DNA of 64,000 bases from Octopus vulgaris (taxonomy: Eukaryota): assembly GCA_951406725.2 (NCBI GenBank), contig OX597814.1:151652001-151716000 (forward strand), in the 5' to 3' direction. The notes beneath the pieces were generated by a model. It searched no databases. It was not told the origin of the DNA and worked only from the letters and a program-made list of their open reading frames with translations. The stretch's first letter is position 1. Each line of letters opens with the position of its first letter. This document shows, piece after piece, positions 37,600-52,044 of this stretch. The position numbers and the translations under genes were made by a program.

Positions 37600-38950
37600 A
37601 ATTTTATTTCTGCGAAAATGTATCTCACAGATCGTTGTAGTTATAAAATGTAATACAGAGAACAACTTGACGCGGCATCAGAAAGAGCTCAGAAAAGAAA
37701 AAAGACTAGAGAGGCGATTTAATGATACGGGACTCAAAAACCTAAACTCCAGACTACATAATGGACTCATAAATAAGGAGAGGACCCAGAATACTCACCT
37801 TACAAAAAGCATATTGCCCACAACGCCTTTGCAAAGCCTGTTCTCACGCCTACGTCTGGTCTTCTGAATTGGTTAGTAGAAGCACTCAATAAGATAGATG
37901 TTCGAACTCGCAAACTGTTCAGTGTTACAGGAAACTTGAACATTAAGGAAGATAGAGAGAGGCTATTCTTCCTACGCAAAGATGGCGGCTGTGTCTCACA
38001 TCTGTATTAATGTCATATGAAGCACGTATTTTGACACTGAAATAACAACTTCAACAGAGGAACGAGGCCAGTAACTATCTTTCCCAAGTTTGTGACCGCG
38101 AAACCCATAACGTTAAACTAGCTAATGAACTTGAGATATGAAATAACAACTGATACATATATCTCCCAAGGCGCATAGGTAAAATCTATTTATAAGAACA
38201 GAATAAAAAAGGGACCGGTTCACTATAAAGATAGCACATGAATACTTGGCATGGAACTCACAACCATAGAAAGGAGTTATGTCAAAAGCTTGGCATGGAG
38301 TACTGACAAGTTTATGACATCCCACTTCGAAAGCTACTTCCATGTAGTACAACAACATGAGATTCACACTAAGTACCTACAGCATTTAAAGACAAAAGTC
38401 GTTGATAGACAACAAATGACTGACAACAAATGTGAAAGACAAAGGCCGAAGACATCACTCATGTTATTGCCAACTACATGAGAATGTGTTTCAGATATTA
38501 TCTTCTCAAAAGGCATGATGTAGTTGCCAGAACAGTCTGTAATTGGATAACAAAGAAGAAATCACCTACAGATGAAGTTGAGCATATTGTGACCGATTGG
38601 TCAAAAAAGGAATATTGATGAAACTTAAAAATTAAAACAGCAACCAAGTTAAAACACACCCGGTCATATATTGCTGTGTGAGACCACAAGGAAAACCTTT
38701 GATCTGTTCTGGAAATCAGTTGGCCTCTAGAAATAGATGTGGTTACCATTGATAAAGAGTTTGCAAATCCAATACTCAAAATACAGTTTCAGGTTGATAC
38801 CTAATATTATTGGAGCGACCGGTCTGGAGCAAAAAATGGCTAAACTTGGGATTTTGGTGAGTGAACGCAACTCCTTAATTCATTTGCTACAAATGATCAC
38901 GATATCTGAGACTATAAAAATCTTCAAGACCCTCCTAATATTTAAAGGAT
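37600..38950 (+). mobile_element. R4/Dong-like non-LTR remnant
   Basis: KIDVRTRKL...ERLFFLRKDGG, QQHEIHTKY, EDITHVIA, KRHDVVA and IPNIIGATG. Confidence 0.75.
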
Positions 38951-39403
38951 GGTGTGTAAAATATGTTGCTTTCCTTCACCCCCCCCTGTTACCAAGTAAG
39001 GGGGTCAGTGGAAATTTATTCTACTTAAAAAGAGAAAGAGAAAAATACATACATACATACATACATACATACGCAACTCGCTTCGATGCAGTTTCCGCCT
39101 ACCTAATTTTACACACGTCATTTGTTGGATGTAATCTATAGTAGACCACAGTCGCGCAATGTATGACTCAGTGGTCGATCGAATGTAGTTCGAATTAACT
39201 CCATAACCACAACTATTCTTCTATCCTATGGAATATAAACCACATTTACTCGTTGTAGGAGAAATTTCCATTCGAAAAGCGAAATATGTCTGCTATATAT
39301 ATAAACACTGATTTCAGAATTGCTTTATGCATTTCCACATGATATGATGAATAAAAGTAATTGCCTTTTTCTCAGTATTTACTTTATTGTGTATTTATTT
39401 CAG

Positions 39404-39525
39404 AATCTACGAAGTGTACTGTTGGTTTTCTTTTAGTCAATGCAACAGTAGGTATTGGTATAATAAATCTTCCTGAAGCATATCAACAAGTAGACAATTT
39501 AGCGTTAGCCATCAGCATTCATTGC
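39404..39525 (+). CDS. SLC38A7: SLC38A7/8-like exon 2 (TM1)
   Basis: TTTCAG acceptor and GTAAGT donor; FLLVNATVGIGIINLPEAY matches the SLC38 TM1 motif. Confidence 0.9.
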
Positions 39526-39557
39526 GTAAGTATATTTTCTGTTTCTTCGTGTACAAA

Positions 39558-39690
39558 TACAAGGTCTCATAATAATGGGGCACATATAAGTGATCTACTA
39601 TTATACACTTTCCTTAATATCTGAGCTTGTTCCAGTTCTATTTACTTGCGTTCAAAATGTGCCCCATCATTATGAGACACCCACCCTGTA
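39558..39690. mobile_element. Tc1/mariner-type MITE
   Basis: 22-bp inverted repeat GTCTCATAATAATGGGGCACAT / ATGTGCCCCATCATTATGAGAC with TACA...TGTA ends. Confidence 0.65.
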
Positions 39691-40855
39691 TTTCTTATCA
39701 ATGAGCTGTTTGTGTATTTTATTCATGCATTTGTGGTGCAGAAATGCAGCTGAGAACGGACGATCAAAGTATTTGATCGCCAAGTTCAATTTATATTTCA
39801 TCGTTTGGTATTAATACACATAAGAAAGGATATAAGAATTGCTTACTTTCTAATCTTGAAATCTTTAAGAGATCACAATCATACTGGTTAATGCATATTT
39901 ATGAACTAAGTTAAGTTTCAATGCTATCCTCATCAACCGACATACATCCTATTTTAAAGATAGGACTATTTTACACAGAAGCTTTTCTGTTAAAGAGTGT
40001 TGGTGTGGTTTGAGAAATATGACCGACAGCGTAGGATCATACTCATTGGCTTGTCTTTATGCAGTTGTTGTGGCTTATCCCCAATTCAGCCCTGCTCGAA
40101 CAAATCTATGATTAGATTAATGCCATGTTGCTACTTTTGCGTGCGATCTACCGCAGTATCTGTAGTCCAGATTGTCAGATGACCTGATCTGAGTTAGGAA
40201 TGGGGTTAGGGTTTTGGGTTATGTTATGATCTTGGATTAGGGTTAAGGGTCAGGGTCAGGGTTTTTAAGTTATAGTTAGAGTTTTGGGTTACAGTTACTG
40301 CTTACCGTTAGAGATAACGTGTGAGTTAGACTTCACGCTGAAGTATAAATGTCCAGGTAGACGGCTTGCTAAAGAGGCACCAGTGACATTTCAGTCGCGA
40401 TCTCCTCGCCTTTTAGCAGTATGTAGGGCTACAATATCCAAAATATTATTTCCTTATTTAATTTGGTAGAATATGATTAAGTGAAGACTAAGCTACTTTT
40501 CTAATAAGGTAGCGTGACCACGTAGAGCCTGCTCCGTTGTAGTTATTTCTAAAATCATTTTTACTGTCTAAATATATATAGCAAACTTTAAAATGTTTCT
40601 CTGTTAAATAACTGTAATGTCTATAGATATTTGACCCAAACAAATACTTAGATATTATCTTATTGTGATATCAATTTCTCACATTGTATGGAATATAATG
40701 CAGATATGACAATACGGTATGAGATTACATGGTTAAAGAGACTGTACTGTCATGATAACGAACTTACGAGTTTAAAGATGATGAATGTTGAAATATAAGA
40801 ACATCACATCTCTACGTTTTTAAATACGTATTTTCCTTTTATTATTTCATTTCAG

Positions 40856-41054
40856 ATTCTTTGTGGTTGTTCGTTCATTTCAATGTTTATTGTAGCATAT
40901 GCCTCAGATAAAACCCAAAGATCAAGTTATCAAGATATTATGTTTGATTTCTATGGAGAGAAAGGTCGTGCGTTGACATCTGTATTTATTTTTGTTAGTA
41001 TATATCTTTACTGCACCAGTTTAATGGTATTGATTGGTGACCAAATAGAAGAAT
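40856..41054 (+). CDS. SLC38A7: SLC38A7/8-like exon 3
   Basis: TTTCAG/GTAAGT; IVAYASDKTQRSSYQDIM...LMVLIGDQIEE; phase 0 to 1. Confidence 0.92.
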
Positions 41055-42048
41055 GTAAGTAAAAATTATAATTTATATATTTTTATATATATATATATAT
41101 ACTGAACAAATCATTGAGTGGTATCATTTCTATTTCCTATGAAACTTTAAATCTGAATAAATTTGACAGCGTCAAATATATAGCAGTGAAAATAGCTATC
41201 AGGAAAATCGCGCTGGCTTGAGTATGGAGCTATGAGAACAGCTTGAGAGGAGAATTGTCCACGACTGAAGCGAGTTACGACCGAATTGTTTTCGGCTTAA
41301 TCGCGCCAAAATCGGCTTCTTATAAAGCCGTCGCTACAGGAATTTTCCAGTTATGCACACATTATTAAAGCGGCAATCACAAGCGATCGAACATGAAAAT
41401 GAAAATGAAAATTAAATCAACCGCCATTGGACCGACTCTTTATTTATGAAGAAGTGCGTGCAGAAAGTCCATTTCATATTTAGTTTCTTTGAAGCAATAA
41501 TTTTAGTTCAGCCGCAGATTCGTTTTTAAGACATATTGCATTAACTCTGTAGATAATAAAATCATAAGATTTCAATCTCATTACCTATTTCCATCTAAGC
41601 CGATTCTTTTCAGGGTGATGTTGAATTTCAAACCATTTACAAGAATTGAGGTAGATACAGAAATGCATTGAACCATTTTTATTTGTTCTCCAAAAGTTGA
41701 AGTATAAACGGAGAGAAAGAGTAAGAGCGCGATGGCATTTCCTTTTTCTCCGCTATAGGATTTAACGGTTATTCAAATATTACGGTATTGGGTATATATT
41801 TTGATAGAGCGTGTATTGAGTTTTTTCATTGGGTTATAAATACACAGAGAATGAGTTTAAGAATGTGTTACTGGAGTTGTGCAGAGCTAGCTGTTACACT
41901 GAAAGTGTCATCTGAAGGATATTTTTTGACTCTGAGTTGAGGGACATAGTATGTTATTTTTTTCTATTTATGTTTCTTCGTATTCTTTATCATACATAAC
42001 CAGCCATTAATTATCAATAGTTTTTACTTTCGTTATTACTAATCAGAG

Positions 42049-42628
42049 GAAGGCGGTAAGCTGGCAGAATCTTTAGCATGCCGAGTAAAATGCTTAGCGG
42101 CATTTCGCCCGTCTTTACGTTCTGAATTCAAATTCCGCCGAGGTCGACTTTGCCTTTGATCCTTTAGGAGTCGATAAAGTAAATACCTGTTACGCAATGG
42201 AGTGATATAATCGACTAGGCTCCTCCCCTCAAATTACAGGCCTTGTGCCTATAAAATAAATACCAGTTAAGCATTAAGTTAAGACTCGTGAATAATCGTT
42301 AATCAATGATTCTCGTAGTGCTAGTAACCAACATAGACCTCCTCTGGAATTGCAGACCTTGTGCCAAAATTTGATACCATTGTTACTAATCAGACAGGAG
42401 CTAACAGAATCGTTACATCGGCGAGTTGGCTGAATCATGTGCATGTTGGACAAAATGCATAGCGACATTTCTTCCCTTCCTTTACGTCCTGAGTTCAAAT
42501 TCCGTTGATTTTGCCGTTCATGCTTTCAGGTCGATAATGTAAGTACTGGTTGAGCATTGGACGGGTATGTAATCCTTTAACCTCATTCCCCTTAAAACTA
42601 ATGGCCTTGTGCCAAGATTTGAAATCAT
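42049..42628 (+). mobile_element. Two Meta-domain-like SINE copies
   Basis: GAATTCAAATTCCGCCGAGGTCGACTTTGCC at ~42125 and a degenerate copy at ~42400-42628. Confidence 0.7.
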
Positions 42629-42754
42629 TATTACTTGTTAGAAGATTGATTGAGATCAGAAATTTTTGCAAAGTTCATTGCGGCTATGGCTAGGTTCTCT
42701 GAAGATCCTATGAAGATGATGGCAATGTAGCAACCTTTAACTTCATCTAAGTGT

Positions 42755-43738
42755 GATACATACGCACAGTAATGCACAGATACCTAACCCACACAACCCC
42801 ACGCACACACAGACACACATACTTATATACATACACACACACACATAAACGTACACACGTACACACAACCACATACTCATAATACTCAAGCACACGCGCA
42901 TACACGCAACAAAACATACATAACCCGACACATCCCCATGTTCACACAGACATATACACACGAACGTACATACACACATGCACACACGCACATACACACA
43001 CACGCACGTATACACACGCACATACACACACGCACACGAATGCACACATACTTAACACTCACAACCCCACGCATACACATATACATAGCTGCATACGCAC
43101 ACACACATACACACGCACACATGCACGCACACACAACTACACGCACATACATATACACATGCACACACATATGCACGCACACAAAATACACACGTACAAA
43201 CACACATATGTACACATGCACATACACTCACACGCACACACATATATACACACACATACACACGCACAGGCAAATGAACCCATACATACCTCCCATACAC
43301 ACAGCACACACCCATACATACACGCCCACAATTATACATACATGTACACACACACGCACATACAAGGACACACAAGTGCACACACACAGAGTAACGTACA
43401 GTTACTCCACAGACACAACCACGTGCGTACACACATACCTACTCGTACACACACAGACATACGTACGCACTCAACACACACTGCAAACAAAACACACACA
43501 CACTACATATACATACACGCACACACATACTACATATACATACACGCACACACACATACTTCAAACTACCAGTACCTTTCTACTGACCAATCTCCTGCGC
43601 ACATATGTTGGTAGACACACAACAGACAGCCACTCCTACCAATATTCTTACTATAAATTCTTCCTATTAAGTCCAACCACACACATACATAAACAGCCAC
43701 AACCAAACACACACGCGCGCGCACCTACATGTGCCATC

Positions 43739-43774
<36 letters not shown>

Positions 43775-43810
43775 CACACAGACCTGCGCGCACGCACATA
43801 CATACGCATA
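42755..43810. repeat. Degenerate (CA)n-rich low-complexity region
   Basis: Direct inspection. Confidence 0.9.
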
Positions 43811-43943
43811 CTTCCTCTTGCATTCTCCTGTCTTTGAAAGAAAATTTTCTTCACCTATTCCCTTCCGGTCATTTCAATATGTGACCGTATGTGTATCGTT
43901 GGCGATTTTCTTTCTCCGTCTTTCTTTCTTTGGACTTTCCTAT

Positions 43944-43978
43944 ATTTCTGATGAAGAGCTCCGCTCGAAACGTGAAAT
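43944..43978 (+). ncRNA. Minimal hammerhead motif, probably inactive (GUG at cleavage triplet)
   Basis: ATTT-CTGATGA-A-GAGC(TCC)GCTC-GAAAC-GTG-AAAT; same family as 15068. Confidence 0.6.
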
Positions 43979-44267
43979 CCTCTTTCGTTTCTTTCGTTTC
44001 CTGAGCGTCCAATAACCCTGTACTTATTCCACGTCCTCGCGTTGTTGTTTTTTTCTTGCCTGTTCATATGTGGATTGACTATATATATATATATGTATGT
44101 ATGCATGCATGTATGTATGTATGTATGTATGTATGTATGTATGTATGTATGTATGTATGTATGTATGTATGTATGTATGTATGCATGTATGTATGTATGT
44201 ATGTATGTATGTATGTATGTATGTATGTATGTATGTATGTATCTATCTATCTATCTATATACATGTC

Positions 44268-44304
<37 letters not shown>

Positions 44305-44307
<3 letters not shown>

Positions 44308-44448
44308 CAAAGAAGCTTGCTTTCCAACCACATGATTCCGGGTTCAGTCCCACTGCATAGTACCTTGGGCAAGTCTTTCTACTACAGCCTCGAGCCAACC
44401 AAAGCCTTGTGAGTGGATTTGGTGGACGGAAACTGAAAGAATCCCTTC

Positions 44449-44449
<1 letters not shown>
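44305..44449 (+). mobile_element. Partial tRNA-SINE (13518 family)
   Basis: CCGGGTTCAGTCCCACTGC...GTGAGTGGATTTGG. Confidence 0.8.
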
Positions 44450-44497
<48 letters not shown>

Positions 44498-44498
<1 letters not shown>

Positions 44499-45113
44499 TA
44501 GTAGCTAAGCCCGGTTTCACCCGGTCTGTTTGGATGATGTAGCTGTGATCGTTTTCGGTTAGGCATAATCTGTAACAGTGTTTCTCAACCTTATCATTTT
44601 GGGTCCCTTGTTTCGATTGGAGCCTCCAGCTGTATGAAAATTTCCTGACCCCACCCCTAGTCAGAAAACAGCTTCAGGAGTTGTGAAGAACGAATTTGTA
44701 TGTAGTCTATTTCTTTGAGCTATTCTATTGGACCTCTGTCTAATAATTAAAACATTGGGCGATCTTTCGATATGGGAACGCACGACTGTCATTTACAAAC
44801 CATTTACAAACCACGTGTGTTTATTTACATTTTTGAGGATGATCGTCAGTTTCCGTAAAAAAAATTATATTTTGAATATGGGGTTGGGTGGAAAGGGGAT
44901 CTTTTGAAATCGGCGTGAAAGCGAAAGAGACAGGGAGAGTGCGATTGTATGAGTTCTTTTGAAGTTGGCGTGAGGCGGAAGAATTCATATGCATGTGTGT
45001 GTGAGAGTGTGTGTGTGTGTGTGATGGGGTGAGACAAAATGTGTGGTGTGTATATGAATTGCTTTTGTTAGTGTGTATGAAGAGAAAGAGAGAGTAATGT
45101 TGCTGGTGTGCGT

Positions 45114-45158
<45 letters not shown>

Positions 45159-45286
45159 AAGAGCGAGAGAGAGAACTGAAACTTTTTATTCAGCTTTTGT
45201 AGTGAGTGAATGTGTGAGTGATTGACAGAGAAAAAGCGCGCGCGAGAGAGAGAGAGAAACGTTATGTATGTATGAATGGCTTCAGT

Positions 45287-45342
<56 letters not shown>

Positions 45343-45345
45343 GTT
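44498..45345 (-). mobile_element. Helitron-like non-autonomous element
   Basis: Minus-strand 3' end CCGGGTGAAACCGGG...CTAG|T; the 5' boundary is uncertain. Confidence 0.6.
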
Positions 45346-45407
45346 ATGTATGTATGTATGCATGCATGTATCTATTTATGGCCTTATATATCTATTTATT
45401 GCATCCG

Positions 45408-46372
45408 TTTTTTCAGAAAACAATTTTGCCTTTGTGAGGATCTGTTTTAGTGATTTCGGTTGTTTGTAGCTTTTAATGATTTTATGTATGTTTAAAATTT
45501 CCTTTAATTTGGGATCCTTATGCAGTATTGGTAAATTCTGGGTGATGATGGTGAAGGCTTCTTTGTTTCTGGGGTTGTATGTGGATATGTATGGCAGAAT
45601 TTTCGGGGAAGGTGTGTTGCTGTGTTGAACTTTTCTTAAGGTTTCTATGTCGATTTGTGTTGCACGTCTGATTGCATCCTGTATGAGTTGAACTGGGTAG
45701 TGTCTGTCAATTATGGTGTTTTTGAGTTCTTGCAGTCTAAAGTTTCTGGTATTTTGTTCTGACATTATTGTGCATATCTTTCTTGCAAGGCTGAAGGGGA
45801 TGTTTGTTTTAGTGTGTCTTGGGTGGCATGAATAAAAATGTAGGTATTGTTTAGCGTCTGTGGTTTTGTAAAATATGTCCGTTTCTATTTTTAGGTTTAT
45901 TTTTAATTACTATATCTAAGAATGGAAGCTCCTTTTGGTTGTACTCCATTGTGAACTGTATATTTGGGTTGACGCTGTTCAATAGGTTTTTGAATTTTAG
46001 GAGTTTATCTGTGTTTTCATTCCAGAGTATAAAACAGTCATCTAGGAATCTTTTCCAGTTTTCTTTAATGTATTGGGAAAGGGTGTTTCCAAAGGTAGAT
46101 AAAGATTCCTGGTATATTATTACTTCCAGGTAGCCCATTGTTAGGTTCGCAATGACTGGTGCTGCCCTTGTACCCATAGCAATTCCGTATTTTTGACGGT
46201 AAAACGTATTGTCAAACATGAAGGGGTTATTTTGTAGGATGAATTCAACCGATTTAGTAATGAATTCTTTAGTGATCCTTTTTGGTATTTCTTCTGGATA
46301 TTGGTCCAGCCAGAACTGAATTGCCTCTAGACCATAATTATGAGGTATACTTGTATATAAATTAACTACAAA
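45408..46372 (-). mobile_element. Penelope-like RT fragment
   Basis: VNLYTSIP, FYRQKYGIAMGTRAAPVIANLTMG, WKRFLDDCF, IQFTME..LPFLDI and PYISTYNP. Confidence 0.9.
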
Positions 46373-46419
46373 TGAAACCAGGAAATAAATCCCTCGCAGT
46401 CAACTATCTCCCAAAACCT

Positions 46420-47272
46420 CTACACTGGATTAAGTATTTCCTGGCGAATAGAACACAAGAAGTATGGTCGATGGAGTCCACTCAAGCGCAGCAAAAGTCA
46501 CCAGTGGTGTCCCTGAGGGGACTATCTTGGACCCGCTCCTCTTTATAATTTACACAAATGACTTTCCAGCGTCGTAAATCACTGCAAAGTGAAAATATTT
46601 GCCGATGACACTAAACTTCAGAAAATCATCAATGAAAAAGACCGAACTCAACTCCAGTCTGATCTATATGCTGTGAGTCAATGGGCAGACAAAAACAAAA
46701 TGCAACTAAATGAGGGAAAATTTGAGCTGATGCATTTTGGAAGAAAGTCTATACTAAAGCAGCCATACTCTCTCCCTTCAGGGGAACCGCTCTCGGCATC
46801 TAATAGTATCAGAGACCTGGGTGTAATTGTTGGAGTGCCCACATCAACAATAAGGTCGATATAGGTCGTAGGATGAGCGCCTGGATCTTAAGAACTTTCC
46901 GGTCATCATTCCACTTTTCCCCTCCTTTGTACGGCCACACTTCGATAGTGCTGCCCCTTGTGGTCTCCCCATACAAAACAAAACATCTCGAAGATTGAGT
47001 CACCCCAGTGGGCACTCACTGAACGAATTGAAGGCATGACTGATCTCGATTACTGGGACCACCTTAAAGCCTTAAAACTCTACTCTCTCCAGTGCCGCCG
47101 CGATCGGTACATCATTTGCACTATGTGGAGAATATACCGCTAGCATTGCTCAAACGACTTGAACGTTAGTTTCAAGGTTCATCCAAGGCTGGGACCACGG
47201 GCCATAGTAACCTATCCAATTCAGGATCACAACATATAGGTACACTGCGACATAATTTATTTTCCTCAACAG
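46420..47272 (+). mobile_element. CR1-group LINE RT fragment (34842 family)
   Basis: KIFADDTKLQK...LKALKLYSLQ closely matches the 34963-36723 protein. Confidence 0.9.
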
Positions 47273-47279
47273 GAAAAAC

Positions 47280-48894
47280 CTTCGCCACCAAGTACCTTTA
47301 CCAGTTTCGCCTCATTCTTGACAGCCTCCTGCTGAATATCTTCAGGTGAGAAGCCCTCGTAGTCCTGGACACACTCTGGTCACACCTTCTTCCAACATAC
47401 GATGAGGGTTTCTTTTATCATGTCTTTAAGAGCAGCGTGGATGACTGACAGGCACATTGCGATCGTGAAGTTACGCCAGTACTCCTTCAACTTGAAATTC
47501 GTGTCCAAATCCATTGTGTCCACAAGGTGCTGAAGAGAGTTTCGAATGTAAAGTGCCTTGAAGGCACGGATCACGCTTTGATCCATAAGCTGGATGAGGG
47601 AGGTGGTGTTAGTAGGGAGGAACTCGACTTGGACACCCTCGTGATTCAAATCCAAAGAGTGACCACCAGCATTATCCATAGTAAGAAACACTTTGAATTC
47701 CATACATACGTTGGAGGTATTCCTTGGCTTGAGAGATGAAGCATTAATGGAACCAATTGAAAGTTGGGCTTTTGGTAATCCAGGCATGGGGGTTGTGCAT
47801 CCAGTAGACAGGCAGCAGGTTTTTAGGATTAGGGTTCGGGTTCTTATTTTTGAAGGCGCTGGGGTTCGCGGATTTGTAGATAAGTCCTGGTTAAATCATG
47901 AAGCTATCAGCATTGCCACACATAATTAGCGTCACTCTGCCCTTCTGTGCCTTAAATCCTGGGGCTCTGGCTTCGTCCTTCATGATGTACGTTTTAGAAG
48001 GCATCTTCTTCTAGAACAGCCAATCTTGTCAATGTTGAAAACCTGTTCTAGCTTGTATCCCTTGTCCTCGATGATCTGCCTGAAGGTCTCAAATTACTTC
48101 TCAGTGGCTTCTTTGTTGGCTGATGCTGTCTCTCCATGCAGGGGAACACACTTTATTTTAAAACGTTTCTGGAGACCTTCAAACCATCCCTTGCTGGCTT
48201 GAAAATCTTTGGGTCCAGTGCTGTAAATGGTCTTGGTTGCGGTTCTTCGATGTCTTCTGCTCCGTCTCCTCTGTCCAACTGCTAGTATAATTTCCGCGCT
48301 TTCTTGTGGATGATGTTACCACTCAACAGAATGTTTTTCTTCTTGCAGTTACTTATCCACAATACCAAGGTGGATTCCATCCTGACCAAGTGCTTATTTC
48401 TCACTGTCGTTATCTTTTTGGCACAGAAACTTACTGCTACGGTAGACCTGATCGCTACCTCGTTCTTCTTTATGTGGCGTGTAGTGCTTTCGTTGACATC
48501 ATAACAGCGACTTACTGCATCATAACTTTTACGTTCCTGGAGCATATCCAGCAGTTGATCCTTCTCGTGGAACGTCATAACATTTTTCTGGCGTTTAGGT
48601 TCCCTGCCAGAAGCCATAGAAGGTGTAGGGCGTTTGGGTGGCATCTTAGGGCTTTAATAACATGCTGCAAAAAATACAACACTCAACAAAACTACTGATA
48701 GCTACTGGATGCAGTTTTTCACTAATAAACGTATAAAAAAGATCTTCTTTGCGTCTAATATGCGCTTACCAGTAATGGAAGGTTGAGCAGAAATTAAAAA
48801 TAATCATGGTTTTGAAAAAATTAGTTTGTATTACCACTAGATACAGTAATCTCTATTATAATAATAATAACAATAAGATACAGAGAGAGAGAGG

Positions 48895-48964
<70 letters not shown>

Positions 48965-49076
48965 CACGAAAGAAGTCGTAAAAAATTGCAGACGATATTT
49001 ACAATTCCGCGAATATGCAGCGGTTTCCGCGAATAACCTGGACCGCGAATGCCGGTCCGCGAAAGAGAAAGGTACA

Positions 49077-49078
<2 letters not shown>
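47280..49078 (-). mobile_element. Tigger/pogo transposon, degenerate, one TIR
   Basis: MPPKRP...NESTTRHIKKNE, FQASKGWF, MDNAGGH and FLPTNTTSLIQLMDQSVIRAFKA; TA-CAGTGTACC.. terminus. Confidence 0.9.
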
Positions 49079-49125
<47 letters not shown>

Positions 49126-49145
49126 TGAATGTATGAATGTACATA

Positions 49146-49735
<590 letters not shown>

Positions 49736-49747
49736 AAGAATATGTAT

Positions 49748-49800
<53 letters not shown>

Positions 49801-49853
49801 ATTTCAGCGTGGAAGGTGTTTATAAGCCATTTAAGAAACACACAAAAACCGTT

Positions 49854-49938
49854 AAACTTAGATAAACTTAGATATGTTTCGACCAAAGATTGGTCCAGGC
49901 CATGTCTAACTTAATAGCACCACCTGATAGGATTATTC
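49854..49938 (-). mobile_element. Extremely 5'-truncated LINE tail (34842 family)
   Basis: Nearly identical to 34852-34938 and flanked by CGTTA on both sides. Confidence 0.85.
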
Positions 49939-50115
49939 GTTAGATTCACTTCAACATATTTTGACAAATTCAATTTAGATGTTGAAGTGAATCTAACGGT
50001 TTTTGTGTGTTTCTTAAATGGCTTATAAACACCTTCCACGCTGCCATTGTTTTCGTTCCACCACACGATCTCAGATCAGGTCATTTGCTATGCAAGTACA
50101 TCTCCGTAATATATA

Positions 50116-50154
<39 letters not shown>

Positions 50155-50173
50155 GGATATATATCTATATATA

Positions 50174-50270
<97 letters not shown>

Positions 50271-50619
50271 TATGTATGTATATATATATATTTATAAATA
50301 TATTGTTTTATGTCGGGATGATCATCTTATTTATTTATTTTGCCAAATAAACACACGCACTATATATATAAATATAACAGAACGAAGAACAGTAACTTAA
50401 TATTGGTTTCAACTTTTGAAACATGACCAGCACTTTTGTAGGAAGGATTAAGTCGATTACATAGACTCCAGTGTTTAATTACTATTTATTTTATCGACGC
50501 CAAACGGATGAAAGACAAAGTTAACCTCGGCAGATATTGAACTCAGAACGTAAAGACGTGCTATCAAAACAGTTAATCTCGGAAAAAATGTCATGTTTAA
50601 CCAACTTACCTTTCTTTAA

Positions 50620-51201
50620 CCTCTTACCCAACAATTATTTTGAAAATAAATGTATTTTTTCAGACATATTTTTTAATTGTTTTATTTTACTATGTTTTGA
50701 ATGGTGATTTCGAGGTATATTTCAAACCTTTTTTATTATGAATTTTAATTCAATAATATTGATTTTAAATTACCGCTTTGGGCAGAAACGAGTTAACCCG
50801 TTTTTTCATAAATCATATTACTTTTACAAAAAATCATGTTATTTTATTTGGTTATCGACATGGTGGGGTTATAATATAAAGGTATAAAAAAAACAACGTA
50901 AAAACAAAGTGAATACTTCTATTCATAAAATGTGCCTTCCAACCCTTCGACTGTCTCCAGGTGACTAAATCATACTCGGTCTTCAATGCCTTACTCAAGC
51001 GAAAGGTGGCAGAAATCGTCACTGCCAGACGTATAAACTGAGCGAATATACTCGTATATGTCAAAAAAGAGTTTATAATAGACAAAGGAACTCGTTTGCT
51101 GTCGATTTTGGCGAGTCTATCTTTTGACGAGTTAACTCGCCAGAGTTAGAGAAAAACGATTTCGGTCAAAACGCATATATTCGTTTCTGCCGGGTAAGGG
51201 G
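50620..51201. mobile_element. TTAA-flanked (piggyBac-type) non-autonomous element
   Basis: TTAA-CCTCTTACCC ... GGGTAAGGGG-TTAA, with internal GGCAGAAACG / CGTTTCTGCC repeats. Confidence 0.7.
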
Positions 51202-51230
51202 TTAAAGACTTTCTTTTTGTTTTGTTTCAG

Positions 51231-51369
51231 TTACCATTTTCCTCGACCATAACTTTTACTGCAATCATCATGTATGGTATACACGAAGAGAGTTCGTAAC
51301 AGTAATTATTATGATAATCCTCCTACCATTCTGCTTTCACAAATTTATTAACTATCTGAAATATATCAG
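51231..51369 (+). CDS. SLC38A7: SLC38A7/8-like exon 4
   Basis: TTTCAG/GTTAGT; WYTRREFVT...ILLPFCFHKFINYLKYIS; phase 1 to 2. Confidence 0.9.
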
Positions 51370-51945
51370 GTTAGTTGTACAATATATTCTCATTTCATAT
51401 CTATTTCTTAGATAAAGATCATTGTTGTTGATTTATGACAAAAAAAAACGACTGAAATTTTGAAATTAAACAATTTTTTCATTAAACTTTATCATTTGGC
51501 ATGTTCACAAACGAGTTCCATATATCTGTGGCCGTGCTTAATTTATCTGCTATAAAACGCAAGAAGTCAATAATAACTATAACTTAACCCCTAATTCTGC
51601 GATATAAAACAAATTGCATTGAAGCCTGCAATGTCTGTAACAAACATTTCGCACTGCTATTCTGAAAATAGAAATCGAGGTATATGTTTAAAATAAAACT
51701 AAAAATAAGGGACTGGAGCGGAAATACTTAATGCTAACAGAAAACACTTTTTATGTCACAGAAAGCACATTTGTTATAAACTAACCACGGATCGCAACCT
51801 CAGTTCGAACGCTCTCGTATTTAGTAGTATCAACGATGACTGAACTAGAGAGAAAAACAAAAAAACATTTTCGTATTCAGATAGAACTATGATAATATTA
51901 AAAGAATACAGTTAATTTTGGTGGTTGTTAAGATCAATGTTATAT

Positions 51946-51977
<32 letters not shown>

Positions 51978-51999
51978 TGTATGTATGTATGTATGTATG

Positions 52000-52038
<39 letters not shown>

Positions 52039-52044
<6 letters not shown>

